Shown piece after piece: positions 26,635 to 37,117 of a stretch of 64,000 nt of DNA. The notes under the pieces were generated by a model. It ran no database searches and was not told the DNA's origin. It worked only from the letters and a program-made list of their open reading frames with translations. Both the position numbers and the translations under genes were made by a program. The DNA is from Eukaryota sp. TZLM1-RC. Lineage: Eukaryota > Protista > Metamonada: BaSk clade. Numbering within the stretch: the first letter of the stretch is position 1; each line of letters begins with the position of its first letter. The stretch covers positions 124,001-188,000 of the forward strand of contig JAUPSS010000001.1 of NCBI GenBank assembly GCA_040285825.1. The letters are read 5' to 3'.

Positions 26635-27195
26635 TGCCAACTCTGGATTTTTTTCATACAAAGACAAAAGAGACTAATAGTTTTATTAACACAATGAAAC
26701 GCTTGTCTGAAGGAAGAAACACTATAGTTTGGTTCGGTAATGGCGGCGGTGGTCCATCTCGTCAAGCTGTGAAATCCCCCAGAAAAAGATTTCTCAAACA
26801 AATCCAAAAACACTTTGAAAATGTTAAAGTGGGGACGAGTTTATGACTTCAGCAAAAGTGAATTGCTGTAAGGCCTTCCATAGAAAGACATCTTATGATG
26901 ATGGAAGGGTAAATAACGCTAAGTTCGATTGTCCTCGATGTCAGACCAACTGGTCCAGGGACATCTCAGCCTCCAGAAATCAGCTGGATATTGGAAACAG
27001 TGAGTATTTCACTGGTACTAGACCTGAACCATTCCGAAAACCAACGCGTGTAAGACGTCTAAGGAGACAGTAATAGCTCTTTTAATCAACGTATTTCAAG
27101 GTGTTTAGTGTATACTAATTCTTGGTGCTGAGAAGTTTCTATCAGTGTTGGTGATATTTATTCAATATCCATCTTGATTTGATGTGAAATTCTCA
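26635..27195 (+). mobile_element. Fanzor family 2 3' remnant (copy D) with omegaRNA-like tail
   Basis: VWFGNGGGGP..KSP..FL..VKV[fs]DEFMTSAKVNCC..CPRC..WSRDISASRNQ..GTRPEPF; 3' noncoding tail shared with 49455-49607. Confidence 0.85.
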
Positions 27196-27205
27196 GTCCT
27201 CTCAA

Positions 27206-27805
27206 ATGCAATCTTTGCTTGTTAGAGACTTGGAGACAAATATATCACACCTTGATTTCTTTGATACAGAGATCAAATCACTTGAGTCATCCATTAAGGC
27301 TATTTCTCACATACACTCAGCTACTCATCATGAGATTATCGTTCCTTTGGGGCGTAAGGCTTTCATGCCAGGTACTTTGAACAACACTAACTGTTTTAAA
27401 GTCTCTTTAGGTTGTGGTTATTTTGTGGATTCAACTGCATCACAAGCCACTGAAATTCTTCAAAGAAGAAAGCACAAATTAGTCAAATCACGAGAGAAGC
27501 TTCTTTCTGATTTAAAGAACCGTTGTGCAGAGATTGATGGAACCCCTGGTAGTATTCAAGAACCCATTCTGGAAGAGACTCCTGAGGGATATATCGAGAT
27601 TAAAGAGCCAATCGAAGCACTAGATGAAAAAGAAAGTGCTACAGTTACCAAATCAGATCTACCCCCCACAAATGCTGTAAAATCTATGGTTATTGAAAGA
27701 GGACGTCCCAGCGAGCCGAAAGTTTTGGAAACTCAACATTGCTCTTCAAAACCTCCTCGAGTCTCTCGATTCAAACAACAACGGTTACAGTTGCATCAAA
27801 AGTAG
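27206..27805 (+). CDS. URI1: Unconventional prefoldin RPB5 interactor (URI/Bud27)-like
   Basis: Alpha-prefoldin hairpin IVPLG.KAFMPG.L..TN...V.LG.GYFV; C-terminal URI box PRVSRFKQQR. Confidence 0.85.
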   Translation: MQSLLVRDLETNISHLDFFDTEIKSLESSIKAISHIHSATHHEIIVPLGRKAFMPGTLNNTNCFKVSLGCGYFVDSTASQATEILQRRKHKLVKSREKLLSDLKNRCAEIDGTPGSIQEPILEETPEGYIEIKEPIEALDEKESATVTKSDLPPTNAVKSMVIERGRPSEPKVLETQHCSSKPPRVSRFKQQRLQLHQK

Positions 27806-27964
27806 TATCTTTGATGTTTACGATTTGTTTTAGTTTGTGTTTTTGATCATGGTTTTTACTATGGTGAATTTGTTGCATGTTTAAATTATTTTCATTGGTA
27901 GTAATTGATTGAAAATACTTTAATGAAATGAAAAAAGATGATAAATGTTAATAACAAAGACTAA

Positions 27965-28849
27965 TTATTCAAATTCACAACAAATAAACCAATTGGAATC
28001 TTCTTTGATAATTTCCTTTTGCATTATTGTTTGCATCGCATTAGCGGTAAACGATCTGGGTCGTCTTCCATGCCTACAGCAACTGAACGTATAATCTCCT
28101 AGTAATATTGCTAATAAAAACAGCGTCCGTAAGAGCACTTGATTGAGAGAGTCGAATCTAATACCTACTCTCCATAAATCACACACCATCACAAGGTTGC
28201 TTTCAAACTTACTCTTTTGAATAGTTCTTGGTGGTACTTTTTTGTGTTTAAATACATCAACAAAGACTTTCACAAGATATGGATTATTACACAATGCAAT
28301 GCTGTAAGTCAAATCCAACAGCTGGTGATTAGTAGAACTTCGAGCAAGATCAGAGAAAACAGTTTCCCATAATGACTTGCAAGAAGAGTCCATCAATCGA
28401 CCACATTGCAAAAGCAGACATACAATTAATTCCCTTTTTGTGATGTTCTGGGTCCCATAAATCCAATGTAGAAACGCTGAACACATAAAGACTGGTGCAC
28501 CATTGAATGAATGGTTGATTAACTGGTGTGAGAATATGCGAATGCGTTTACATTCAATCCCTTTGATACACTCCAACAGTGAATTTATCAGCTTTGTAGA
28601 CTCGGCAATGAGCCTGGTTATCAGCTGTTCGTTCATAGATTCCCTTGCTAAATTGAGTACCTTGGACCTCAGCGAACAATTTCCTGAAGAACCTATCCAA
28701 ATGTATTTGAAAAAATCTGACTTCATTTTTGATGTACCTTTTGTGAAAATCATGTTGATTAAATATAAGGAATCCTGAGACAGTTTTACTGTAGGGTGAG
28801 ATAAGTACCATACAGAAAGTTGTTGCCAATCAGAGATGTCCAGAGACAT
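27965..28849 (-). CDS. Hypothetical protein, 294 aa
   Basis: Intact ATG-initiated ORF between recognised genes; no motif recognised. Confidence 0.65.
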   Translation of the reverse strand: MSLDISDWQQLSVWYLSHPTVKLSQDSLYLINMIFTKGTSKMKSDFFKYIWIGSSGNCSLRSKVLNLARESMNEQLITRLIAESTKLINSLLECIKGIECKRIRIFSHQLINHSFNGAPVFMCSAFLHWIYGTQNITKRELIVCLLLQCGRLMDSSCKSLWETVFSDLARSSTNHQLLDLTYSIALCNNPYLVKVFVDVFKHKKVPPRTIQKSKFESNLVMVCDLWRVGIRFDSLNQVLLRTLFLLAILLGDYTFSCCRHGRRPRSFTANAMQTIMQKEIIKEDSNWFICCEFE

Positions 28850-28928
28850 TTACATGTTGCAGAAAACCAATATGACATCTGTTAAAACAAGGTATCTTTG
28901 GAGTTGACAGAATTAAAACCTACAAAAA

Positions 28929-30344
28929 ATGTCTGTTGGACTCCTACTTTTAGCAGCTCTTGTACGTGTTTTCATAGCACTTGGTAGCTATTCTGGACAC
29001 AACAAACCTCCTCTTTATGGTGACTTTGAAGCACAGCGACACTGGCTGGAGATAACTGTCAATCTCCCCATCTCTCATTGGTATAAGAATAGTACTGATA
29101 ATGATCTCAATTACTGGGGATTGGATTATCCTCCTCTTACAGCATATCATTCTTTTTTTCTTGGCAAGATAGCCCAAGTTGTACACCCGAAAATGATCGA
29201 GTTACACATATCAAGAGGATCGAATGACTCAATGACTAAACTTTTCATGCGAGCTGCATCTTTAACAATGGACTGCACTCTACTTTTCCCTGCCATTGTC
29301 CATTTACTCAATTCTTTGTCTTCCTTCTCTACTTGGTCGTTCCTTGCCATTTCCTCTCACCCAGCACTCGTTTTAATTGATTCTGGGCACTTTCAATTCA
29401 ACAATGTCCCCTTAGCTCTCTCCATTCTTTCCTTGTCCTTCCTTATCCGTTACCAAAAAAATGATCGGTTGTTCCATTTAGCTTTATCATCCATTCTCTT
29501 TTCCTTAGCACTAAATTACAAGCAAATGGTCCTTTTAAACGCCCCTTTCTTGTTCTTCTACTTTCTTTACCTCATTCGAAAATCTAGTGCTCCTTTAAAG
29601 AGTTTTTGTTTAGTATCCCTTACCACTTCTTTAACTTTTATTCTTGTTTGGTTTCCCTTTCTTTTCCCCAATCCCAGTGAATCTGTTTATGTTTTACAGA
29701 GGATTTTCCCTGTCAGCCGGGGAATTTTTGAAGAACGTGTTGCAAATTTTTGGTCAACAATTGCGCCTGTATTAGATCATTTTTATTTCAAAAAGAGTTT
29801 ATTTTTTAAATTATCCGCATTTATTTCTTTTATTTCCACCCTACCGTTTGCTAACTCCTTCTCTTCCATCAACCACCTTCCGTTATGTGCTGGACTTGCT
29901 TCATTGGGTCCTTTTTTGTTTGGTTACCAATTGCACGAGAAGACCGCTCTTTTCTTTTCTTTGTTCATTAGTTGTTACTTTTATTGTAATTCTTTTTCTA
30001 AGTTCTTTGCTCCTTTGTTCGATTTAGTAGTTTTGTCTTCAATGTTTACCTTATTGATTCGTGATGGTTTGGGATTCCAGTATTTCATTTTTTATTTCGT
30101 ATTTTCTTTCATTTTGTTTTACAATTTATGCTGTTCACATTTTACAAAAAGAATTATTTTTTTCTCTTTAATTGTGTATTTTCTTCTTACTTTTTTTACA
30201 TTTTTTTATTTGTTTTTACTCCTCCAAAATCTTTTCCTTTTTGTGGAATTTTACTTTATCGAGCTTCTGTTTTTAATATTTCTATCTATCTATGTTTTCG
30301 GAATTTTTTCAACCAACTTTCAAAATAAAACTAAATTTGAATAA
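28929..30344 (+). CDS. ALG6: Dolichyl-P-Glc:Man9GlcNAc2-PP-dolichol alpha-1,3-glucosyltransferase
   Basis: PP.YGDFEAQRHW.EIT, YWGLDYPPLTAYHS, LID.GHFQ.N, R.FP..RG.FE..VANFW, F.YQ.HEK. Confidence 0.96.
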   Translation: MSVGLLLLAALVRVFIALGSYSGHNKPPLYGDFEAQRHWLEITVNLPISHWYKNSTDNDLNYWGLDYPPLTAYHSFFLGKIAQVVHPKMIELHISRGSNDSMTKLFMRAASLTMDCTLLFPAIVHLLNSLSSFSTWSFLAISSHPALVLIDSGHFQFNNVPLALSILSLSFLIRYQKNDRLFHLALSSILFSLALNYKQMVLLNAPFLFFYFLYLIRKSSAPLKSFCLVSLTTSLTFILVWFPFLFPNPSESVYVLQRIFPVSRGIFEERVANFWSTIAPVLDHFYFKKSLFFKLSAFISFISTLPFANSFSSINHLPLCAGLASLGPFLFGYQLHEKTALFFSLFISCYFYCNSFSKFFAPLFDLVVLSSMFTLLIRDGLGFQYFIFYFVFSFILFYNLCCSHFTKRIIFFSLIVYFLLTFFTFFYLFLLLQNLFLFVEFYFIELLFLIFLSIYVFGIFSTNFQNKTKFE

Positions 30345-30378
30345 TTTGATTTATTTCTGGTAAGTTTTTGTTCAATAC

Positions 30379-31076
30379 TTAACCTGGCAATATCATAGTT
30401 TGCCTTGCCACCTTTGCCTTCAGATATTGGTAAAAGAAATCTAGATATAAGACTGATTGGACAAACCCCGCAATCCAAACGTGATACACTCCCCTGTAAT
30501 TGGATTCAGTGAAAAATCTGTAAATCCAATTAAAAATGTACAAGGTTCTATAAAGTCCTAAAAAGAACACGAAATTAGCAATGGAAGACTCTACAATTCG
30601 AGATTTGGCCAGAAGCACCAACTGTGGAACAATGGCGACAGACTCTAAGTAAAGGGAAAAAGTCCATATGATGTTGAACAAGGAATAAAAGAAACCAGAA
30701 GGGTGTCTACTGGGATGAAAGATAAAGGCCAGCACAATGGAGGGGATAATGAGGGTAAGGATGTTGACCATATCTTGATCTTCATTGTAAGAATGTTTAA
30801 ACTTGTTTCGTACAAGATAAATGATTATCACTGTGCACGATATAAAGACTATTTTGAATATGTAATTATAAAGGTATTTGAAGTTCCATAGTAGATCAAG
30901 ATATCGAGTACAGAAAACGATCAGGTAGATGTACTGTGTTTTGAGCGAAACCGATCTTGCTGATTGAGTTGTCCAAAGACGATAGATAAGAATGAGGAAT
31001 GATAAGAGGTGAACAATATCAGCTGTGATACGGAATGGATTGAACTAGGGTTAGAGTCTTGCTAGCATACAATCAT
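30379..31076 (-). CDS. ERD2: ER lumen protein-retaining (KDEL) receptor, 223 aa, 2 exons (31076-31071, 31044-30379)
   Basis: MI|FNPFRITADIVHL..S.KTQ..Y..VF.TRYLDL..WTFS.YLESVAI.PQL..YR.LYI.NWIYR. Confidence 0.95.
31045..31070 (-). other. 26-nt spliceosomal intron in ERD2
   Basis: GTATGCTAGCAAGACTCTAACCCTAG; needed to join the ATG to the ERD2 frame. Confidence 0.9.
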
Positions 31077-32819
31077 GATCGAGTGCAATTGAGTAAAATT
31101 TATTCAAAAACTGATAATTTGCCTAAGGTTCATTAATCTTTTCAGAAGGGTTTCCAGCGCACAGAAATTTGTAGATAATTATCATATTCTCAAAATAGTG
31201 TGGCTATTATGATACACTTACTTAAAATCGATAAATGAAATGCTGGAGAAACAGTATGAATGATTAGCGGCTTAGTCATTGGCTCCGCTTGAGTGTTTGA
31301 GTGAAAGTAGTTATCATCTTGTATTCCATTGAGTTGAGACATTTGAAATCTTGAGCGACTCTTTCGGTTCGACTTGAAACAAAAAACACTCACAGAAGCC
31401 TAGGTTTTTCATACATAACTGTGGTTAAGCCTTTTTGCTATTAATTTATGTAGTTTTTTTAATACCAAAATTTGTAGATAATAAAGACTAGATAATCTGA
31501 ATTGTAGAGAGGACTTCTCGTTGTAACTAGACGAATGATTTTAAACACAGATAGAACTTCTAACATAGAAGCCAATTGAACTACTTTAGGTTCTTGGTGT
31601 TTAAGTTGTGATTTATGCTCCAAATCAATACCATATCAATTGAATTGCTTCAACTTCTGCATTGTTCTGTTTATGTTTACATATTCTGTGAAGCGCCTCA
31701 CAATTTTTTCCTAATTACTCTTTTATTTTTGGAAATAGAACTGTATAAACACTGAACTTCTGTTTCCACAAACTCTACAATTACTATCAAAAAGAAATCT
31801 ACAGTCGTTTTCCCATAATTTAGTCGTTTTTTCATAATTTTTCAGGTGTGTCCAGATGATAACAACGTACTAGAAATCATGATGTGCATTAGTTTGATTT
31901 TTAAATTCAGTTTTTGCTCAGTTTTTGCCACGTGGCAATCAACACGTTTATTTTAATAAGCATAATTAATATTTAATATTCCGCCTTTTTTTGTTAAAAA
32001 TTGTTTTGATTATTTTCTTTATACAATCTTTGAGTCGGTGGTTGTATTTATAATAATGACAACATTAATTACTGGTAATCAGAATTCCACTAAACAAAGA
32101 TATTAAACAATTTTAAGCAAAAAACATTCGAAAATCATCTAGTAAAAGCTTACAGTTATCCTTACCTGCAAAATGACCTTCTGAATTCATACTTAAAAAC
32201 AGCAAAGAATTATCTCCCTTTACGCTACCAATTGACTAGGCATCATAAACACCCAACTTCAAAAGTAAACTTGACCACATACTATTAAAATTAATTGATT
32301 CTCGCAATTCTAGTAATCCTATTCTAGTAAATCAAATTTTCCAAAATATAATTAAATTTTTTTCCTTGATTTAGAAGATTGCTAAACAATTGAGTGTCGT
32401 CTATACAAGTGTACTGTTTAAAATAACTTCTCACATCATTTGAAATGATTGAGGAAAAATTAGTTCCAGTAGCGTGTAATTTATACAGATTTGAATTGAC
32501 AAAGTTTGAAATAAATTCAGCATTAAATCCATAATGTTGTGGTAAGATATGATGTGGTGATACACCTAAATAACGAAAAAATTCAAGAATTAAATTCAGG
32601 TAAAGTTACTAGCGGTAGTAATGTCGCCATTATCCAAAAAATCGTTTAAATTAGACTCTGACAAAATACACCAGCTATTGCACCAGTTATTTAAATTATT
32701 AAGTCTGTTGCACCCTTTACTTTATATAAATTTGTTTTCTAGATGTTGAGAATGTTAAATAAAATAGAGTAGGTTTATCAAGGTGAAGGAAACTATAAAT
32801 ATGAACGAGATGGTGTTGC

Positions 32820-33122
32820 GTAGACAATCTTGGTAGAAATTGCATTACTGGTTCTTCTTGACCGTACCTCTTGGTCTCTTAACAGGGGGTGCTAAGGTTG
32901 TTTTTTGAAAACATCTCTAACGTTTTTTGAACCTAACGGTCTACCACGTGCTTTTGCTACAACATGTGCAGTGGGAACTGAGGGAATAGTGTCAAGAAGT
33001 CGGATCAGCGAGTTCTTGAGAAATAACTGTTCTTCTTCTGTGGAATTAAGCGTTGATTGTAGTATTTGATAGACTTGTTGAAGATGTGTGGATTCTAGAA
33101 CAGGAAACAGAGATTCAACCAT
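32820..33122 (-). mobile_element. Possible MULE transposase C-terminal remnant
   Basis: KARGRPLGS AT-hook-like motif followed by KRPRG..C..C-like debris; no catalytic domain seen. Confidence 0.35.
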
Positions 33123-33125
33123 ATT

Positions 33126-34534
33126 TTGGCTGCTAGTTTATTCAACTTGGTTGGTGGTCCTGAAAGGTACAACATTCTTCTTTCTTCCCGAAGAGTGATT
33201 CTTAATCAAGAGAACAGTACCCACATCTTTCGTTGCGGCTTAACAATCCAAAACCACCTGAAGCAAGCCTTTCCACATACCTTTAGACGACATAGACTCA
33301 CTCCCATCGCTAGTTTGAAGCCTGCTTTTGTCCCCTTTTCCACATGGGTTCTCAACCATTTTATCTCCAAAAACACATCACAAACAATTTTGAAAAACCC
33401 TTATTTATTTTATAGAACAAAAACTGATCACTACACCATATCTTCTAATGGTGATAGTGTCCGTATAACTATCAAACCGCACCCCAAAGCAACACGAGTG
33501 AGATTGACCGGAGAAGCCTTGGCTGATAGGAGATCCAGAGGGGAACTTGATTACTATGAAACCACTCGGAATAGAAAACATACAAGGTTGAACAACAGAG
33601 ACCTCGCCAGAAACCAAAAGCTACTGAGTGGCAGGCACCTGATGACGAAACGGAAATGGTGTTCTGGGCCATCGACCCCAACCATTCAAATCTATGTGGT
33701 TCCAGCATTGGAACACGTTCAGGGCCGACCGTATCCAATATCTTTTTGGCACCAAAGCAACGAAAAATCAATCACTCCGCTTCACTGACCCACTCATCAA
33801 CAGATGTTTATGACGTGCAGAAATTGAAGCATTATCTGCTTGAAATATCAACTATCGGTGACTATAAGGACTATGAAGGTAATAACGTAAGACGATCATT
33901 GCTACAGCAGCAGTTATATCTGAGTGCTCGAAAAGCATTGAAGAGAAACACAGTTGACTTCTTTACAAGAAAACAGAAAAGATTCAGCTCAATTATCAAC
34001 AAACTGAAAAATTGCAGACGGTCGAGAAGTAAAGGTATGGCTTGGCAATGGAGGTGGTGGTCCATCACACCAAAAAGTGAAAACAAAACGTAAGACGTTT
34101 CTCGAGTTGTTACAATGTTCATTTGCTAATGTGAAGATCTGAGATGAATACATGCCATCTCAAAAGGTGAACTGCTGCAAGATACTACACCAAAAAATCT
34201 ATTGAGAAGTTGATGGTGAAGTTAAAGTTCACAACGCCTATTTCAGTTGTCCGGAATATAATCAAGTTTTGTCTAGTGACATTTCTACATCAATAAATCA
34301 GTCAGAAATTGCAATTAGTGAGCACTACTGTGGAACAAGACCAGAAGCGTTCCAGAGACCATAAAGAAACTAGTTTCAAAGCTGAGTATTGTTCTAGAGG
34401 AGAAATGGGGTCACTGAGATTGGTGGCCAATTATTCGAGGATTTTGGAACGTCTGTGGACGATTTCACCAAGGATGAAAGTTCTTGGAATAACTATGAAT
34501 GATGCTTGAAAAAATATACATTTCAAATAAAAAC
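33126..34534 (+). mobile_element. Fanzor1 family 1, longest copy (C), pseudogenised, with 3' omegaRNA-like tail
   Basis: RLTP, ISSNGDSVRI (TDG-like), RuvC-I WAIDPN, WLGNGGGGP, *DEYM.S.KVNCC, FSCPE..DIS.S.NQ..GTRPEAF; several frameshifts. Confidence 0.88.
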
Positions 34535-34664
34535 CACAGAGTAACTATTGTATATTGTGTAATTAAGTTTTTCATATCTAAAGTTGGGTTTTATGTCCCA
34601 ACAGATAGGTAATAAAAGTTATTGTTAAAGTTTTGTTAGTTTGGAGAGGCAAAGTCGAAAGTTT

Positions 34665-37097
34665 ATGCACAGAATAACACAAATTTGCACACGTGTATCA
34701 TTTTTGATAGAAGTTGCTATCTTATCATCTTCAGCTCTGTGGTTGGCTTTACTGATGGAGAAGTCTCCTCAACTTAAGAAAAGTCATCTTGAACGTGATG
34801 AATCCCATCAACATTGTCCATATCAACTCCCTGATCCAACATCCTTTCCACCAGATGCAGTTCTTGATCAATCTTGGCTCAGTCTCATTAAGCCCATCTC
34901 CACCAAGCGCGTTAAACGTAAAATACCGTACTTCACAAACTTTCTCTCTGAGGATTTTGTTGACGATCCCAACTCGTTTCTCCATCGTTTCTACACCATT
35001 TACCACCTCTATTCCACTAATCCTCCCACACACACATCTAAGGAGTCCATTCCTCTCCCTTCTATTCTTTCCTCCATTGTCACCTTGAACCCAGTCTTTG
35101 CATCTCACTTCATTCTCATGGTCTGCTCACCTCTCCCCCTCAATTCTTCCTTGGATTTATCCTCTTTTCCATTCTCTGTTCTCAATGATCTGTTCAGCCA
35201 GAAGACACCCAATTCAAGGCTCAACTTTCTTTCCCAATTTAGTGCAATCAAAACTTTGATTGGTCTTGGTATTTCAAAGAGTTCTGACCTAGACCAGAAT
35301 CTTTCCACACCCCCTAGTTTTATAAGTAGTTTATTATACCGCTTACTTGAACAATGTTCATTTGGTCATTTGTGGTCTTCCACGGTCATGTTTCTCGAAA
35401 AGTCAATAGATTATGACCGATTTGCATGTGACTTATTTCTTATTGACTTTATCAAAAGTTTCATTGATGGTAAAAATTCTTTGGAGCTATTGTCCATTAT
35501 TCATTTATTACCCACAAAGAATATACCCGTTCTGAAACTAAGCCCCAATCTAATCAATACCAATCAGTTACTCAATCAAAATTATCTATCAAAACTGATT
35601 TCTTCACTCTCAGTTTCTTGTTCTACGTTAAGTAATGGAATGAAAGAATGTAGAGGTTGGTTGAATTCTTTGGTAATTAAGAATTTGTTTATGCAAAAAG
35701 CTTTTGAAATTAATTGTTTTGACTTAATATTTGAAATTTGTTCTTTTGAATTTTTATTTGGCTTTTCGGTCAACGATTGTTTATCAACCAATTATTCACT
35801 GGAGAATGATTTAATCACAATTGGAATCTTAAATCTTTTTAGTTTGTGTTTAATCAATAACTTCAGGGATGAGTTTGTGGAGATTTTATCCAAAACTTTC
35901 ACTAAGGTTTTGAATTCTGAAATTAATTCAATTGTTTTTGCTAATTTAAGTCTTGTTTTCTCGATTTGTTCATTTTATTGTAACGTCCCTAAATTAAAAT
36001 CATTATTTTCGGAATTTTCTGGAGCTTTTCTGTCTCAAGCTTCTAAAATATCATCATTATTACCTTTAATTTTCACTTGTTCAAGCCAAAGAAAGGAAAA
36101 CATTTTACATTTTGAATTTGTTCACAACATTTCTTTTTCAGATTCAATTATCAAAGAATTAAACGGTTTTTTGTCATTTAAAAAGTCTAAACAAAGGCCA
36201 TTTGTTTTAATTAATTTTACTAATATTTTCTTTTCTTGGTTGGGCTTGAATTTAAGTAATTCTGAAATTAATACAATCTTAGTTCCCATTACAGCTCAGA
36301 ATAATTTAAATTTAAATTTAGTTTTAGAATCAGTTCATTTAGTTGTTTCTAATTTCGGATTAGTTCCTATGTTCAGCAACATTGAGTTCTTAGGGTTTGT
36401 TAAAAATTCTTCACATCATTTAAAAGATCAGTCCAGTGAACAAACATTGTTTGTTCTCTCTAAATTTTCAAAGGAGGATTTTTTCTTGAATTTTTTAAAT
36501 TTCTCACCAAATTTTTGTGAATTTCTTCTCGATCTGATTTTCAAAAATTTGACTAATTCAAATGCTCTTAAACTTCTTTATTTTTTGGTATCTAATGAAT
36601 CATTATTTAATATTATTTTGAACGTTCTTGAGAAACAATTTAATTCTTTGGAAAATAGTGTTACAGTTTACAAGGCGTTACCTGCTTTTGCTAGTAATAG
36701 TGATTTTGTTGTATTTGTGGGAGAAAATTCCAACCAAAAGTCAATTCCCTTTCTCTGTTTCATGGCCCATTTATTTCAGTCAATACGAGATTCTTCAAAT
36801 TTTGATTCAATTATCACCAAATTTTTAAATTTTGTTGATTTGGCAGTTTTGAAACCAAATTTTTCCGCTGATTTAGCTCTTTTTTTGGTTAAATCTATTG
36901 TTTTAATTAAACCTGAAGAAACTTTTTTCAAAAAGCTAACATCTATTATTTCCGTTGTGTGCAAAAGACAATCTCTTGTCGTACCTAAGTTATTGGACTT
37001 TTGCAAAGAACATAATTTTAAATATCTGAATCAATTTTTAATTAGTTTTGCTGAATTGATTCCCCAACATGGAGAATTAGTTTCTTTTGAAATTTAA
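34665..37097 (+). CDS. Hypothetical ~780-810 aa protein (probably helical repeat); start at ATG 34665 or 34755
   Basis: Long uninterrupted Leu/Phe/Ser-rich ORF; no family recognised. Confidence 0.75.
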   Translation: MHRITQICTRVSFLIEVAILSSSALWLALLMEKSPQLKKSHLERDESHQHCPYQLPDPTSFPPDAVLDQSWLSLIKPISTKRVKRKIPYFTNFLSEDFVDDPNSFLHRFYTIYHLYSTNPPTHTSKESIPLPSILSSIVTLNPVFASHFILMVCSPLPLNSSLDLSSFPFSVLNDLFSQKTPNSRLNFLSQFSAIKTLIGLGISKSSDLDQNLSTPPSFISSLLYRLLEQCSFGHLWSSTVMFLEKSIDYDRFACDLFLIDFIKSFIDGKNSLELLSIIHLLPTKNIPVLKLSPNLINTNQLLNQNYLSKLISSLSVSCSTLSNGMKECRGWLNSLVIKNLFMQKAFEINCFDLIFEICSFEFLFGFSVNDCLSTNYSLENDLITIGILNLFSLCLINNFRDEFVEILSKTFTKVLNSEINSIVFANLSLVFSICSFYCNVPKLKSLFSEFSGAFLSQASKISSLLPLIFTCSSQRKENILHFEFVHNISFSDSIIKELNGFLSFKKSKQRPFVLINFTNIFFSWLGLNLSNSEINTILVPITAQNNLNLNLVLESVHLVVSNFGLVPMFSNIEFLGFVKNSSHHLKDQSSEQTLFVLSKFSKEDFFLNFLNFSPNFCEFLLDLIFKNLTNSNALKLLYFLVSNESLFNIILNVLEKQFNSLENSVTVYKALPAFASNSDFVVFVGENSNQKSIPFLCFMAHLFQSIRDSSNFDSIITKFLNFVDLAVLKPNFSADLALFLVKSIVLIKPEETFFKKLTSIISVVCKRQSLVVPKLLDFCKEHNFKYLNQFLISFAELIPQHGELVSFEI

Positions 37098-37117
37098 AAA
37101 CAATTTTTTTATTGATT

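Noticed and set aside
31190-31420. Possible structured ncRNA upstream of ERD2 (TGAGTGTTT...AAACACTCA stem)
   Set aside because: No convincing RNase P/MRP, snRNA or snoRNA box motifs, and no second copy in the window.
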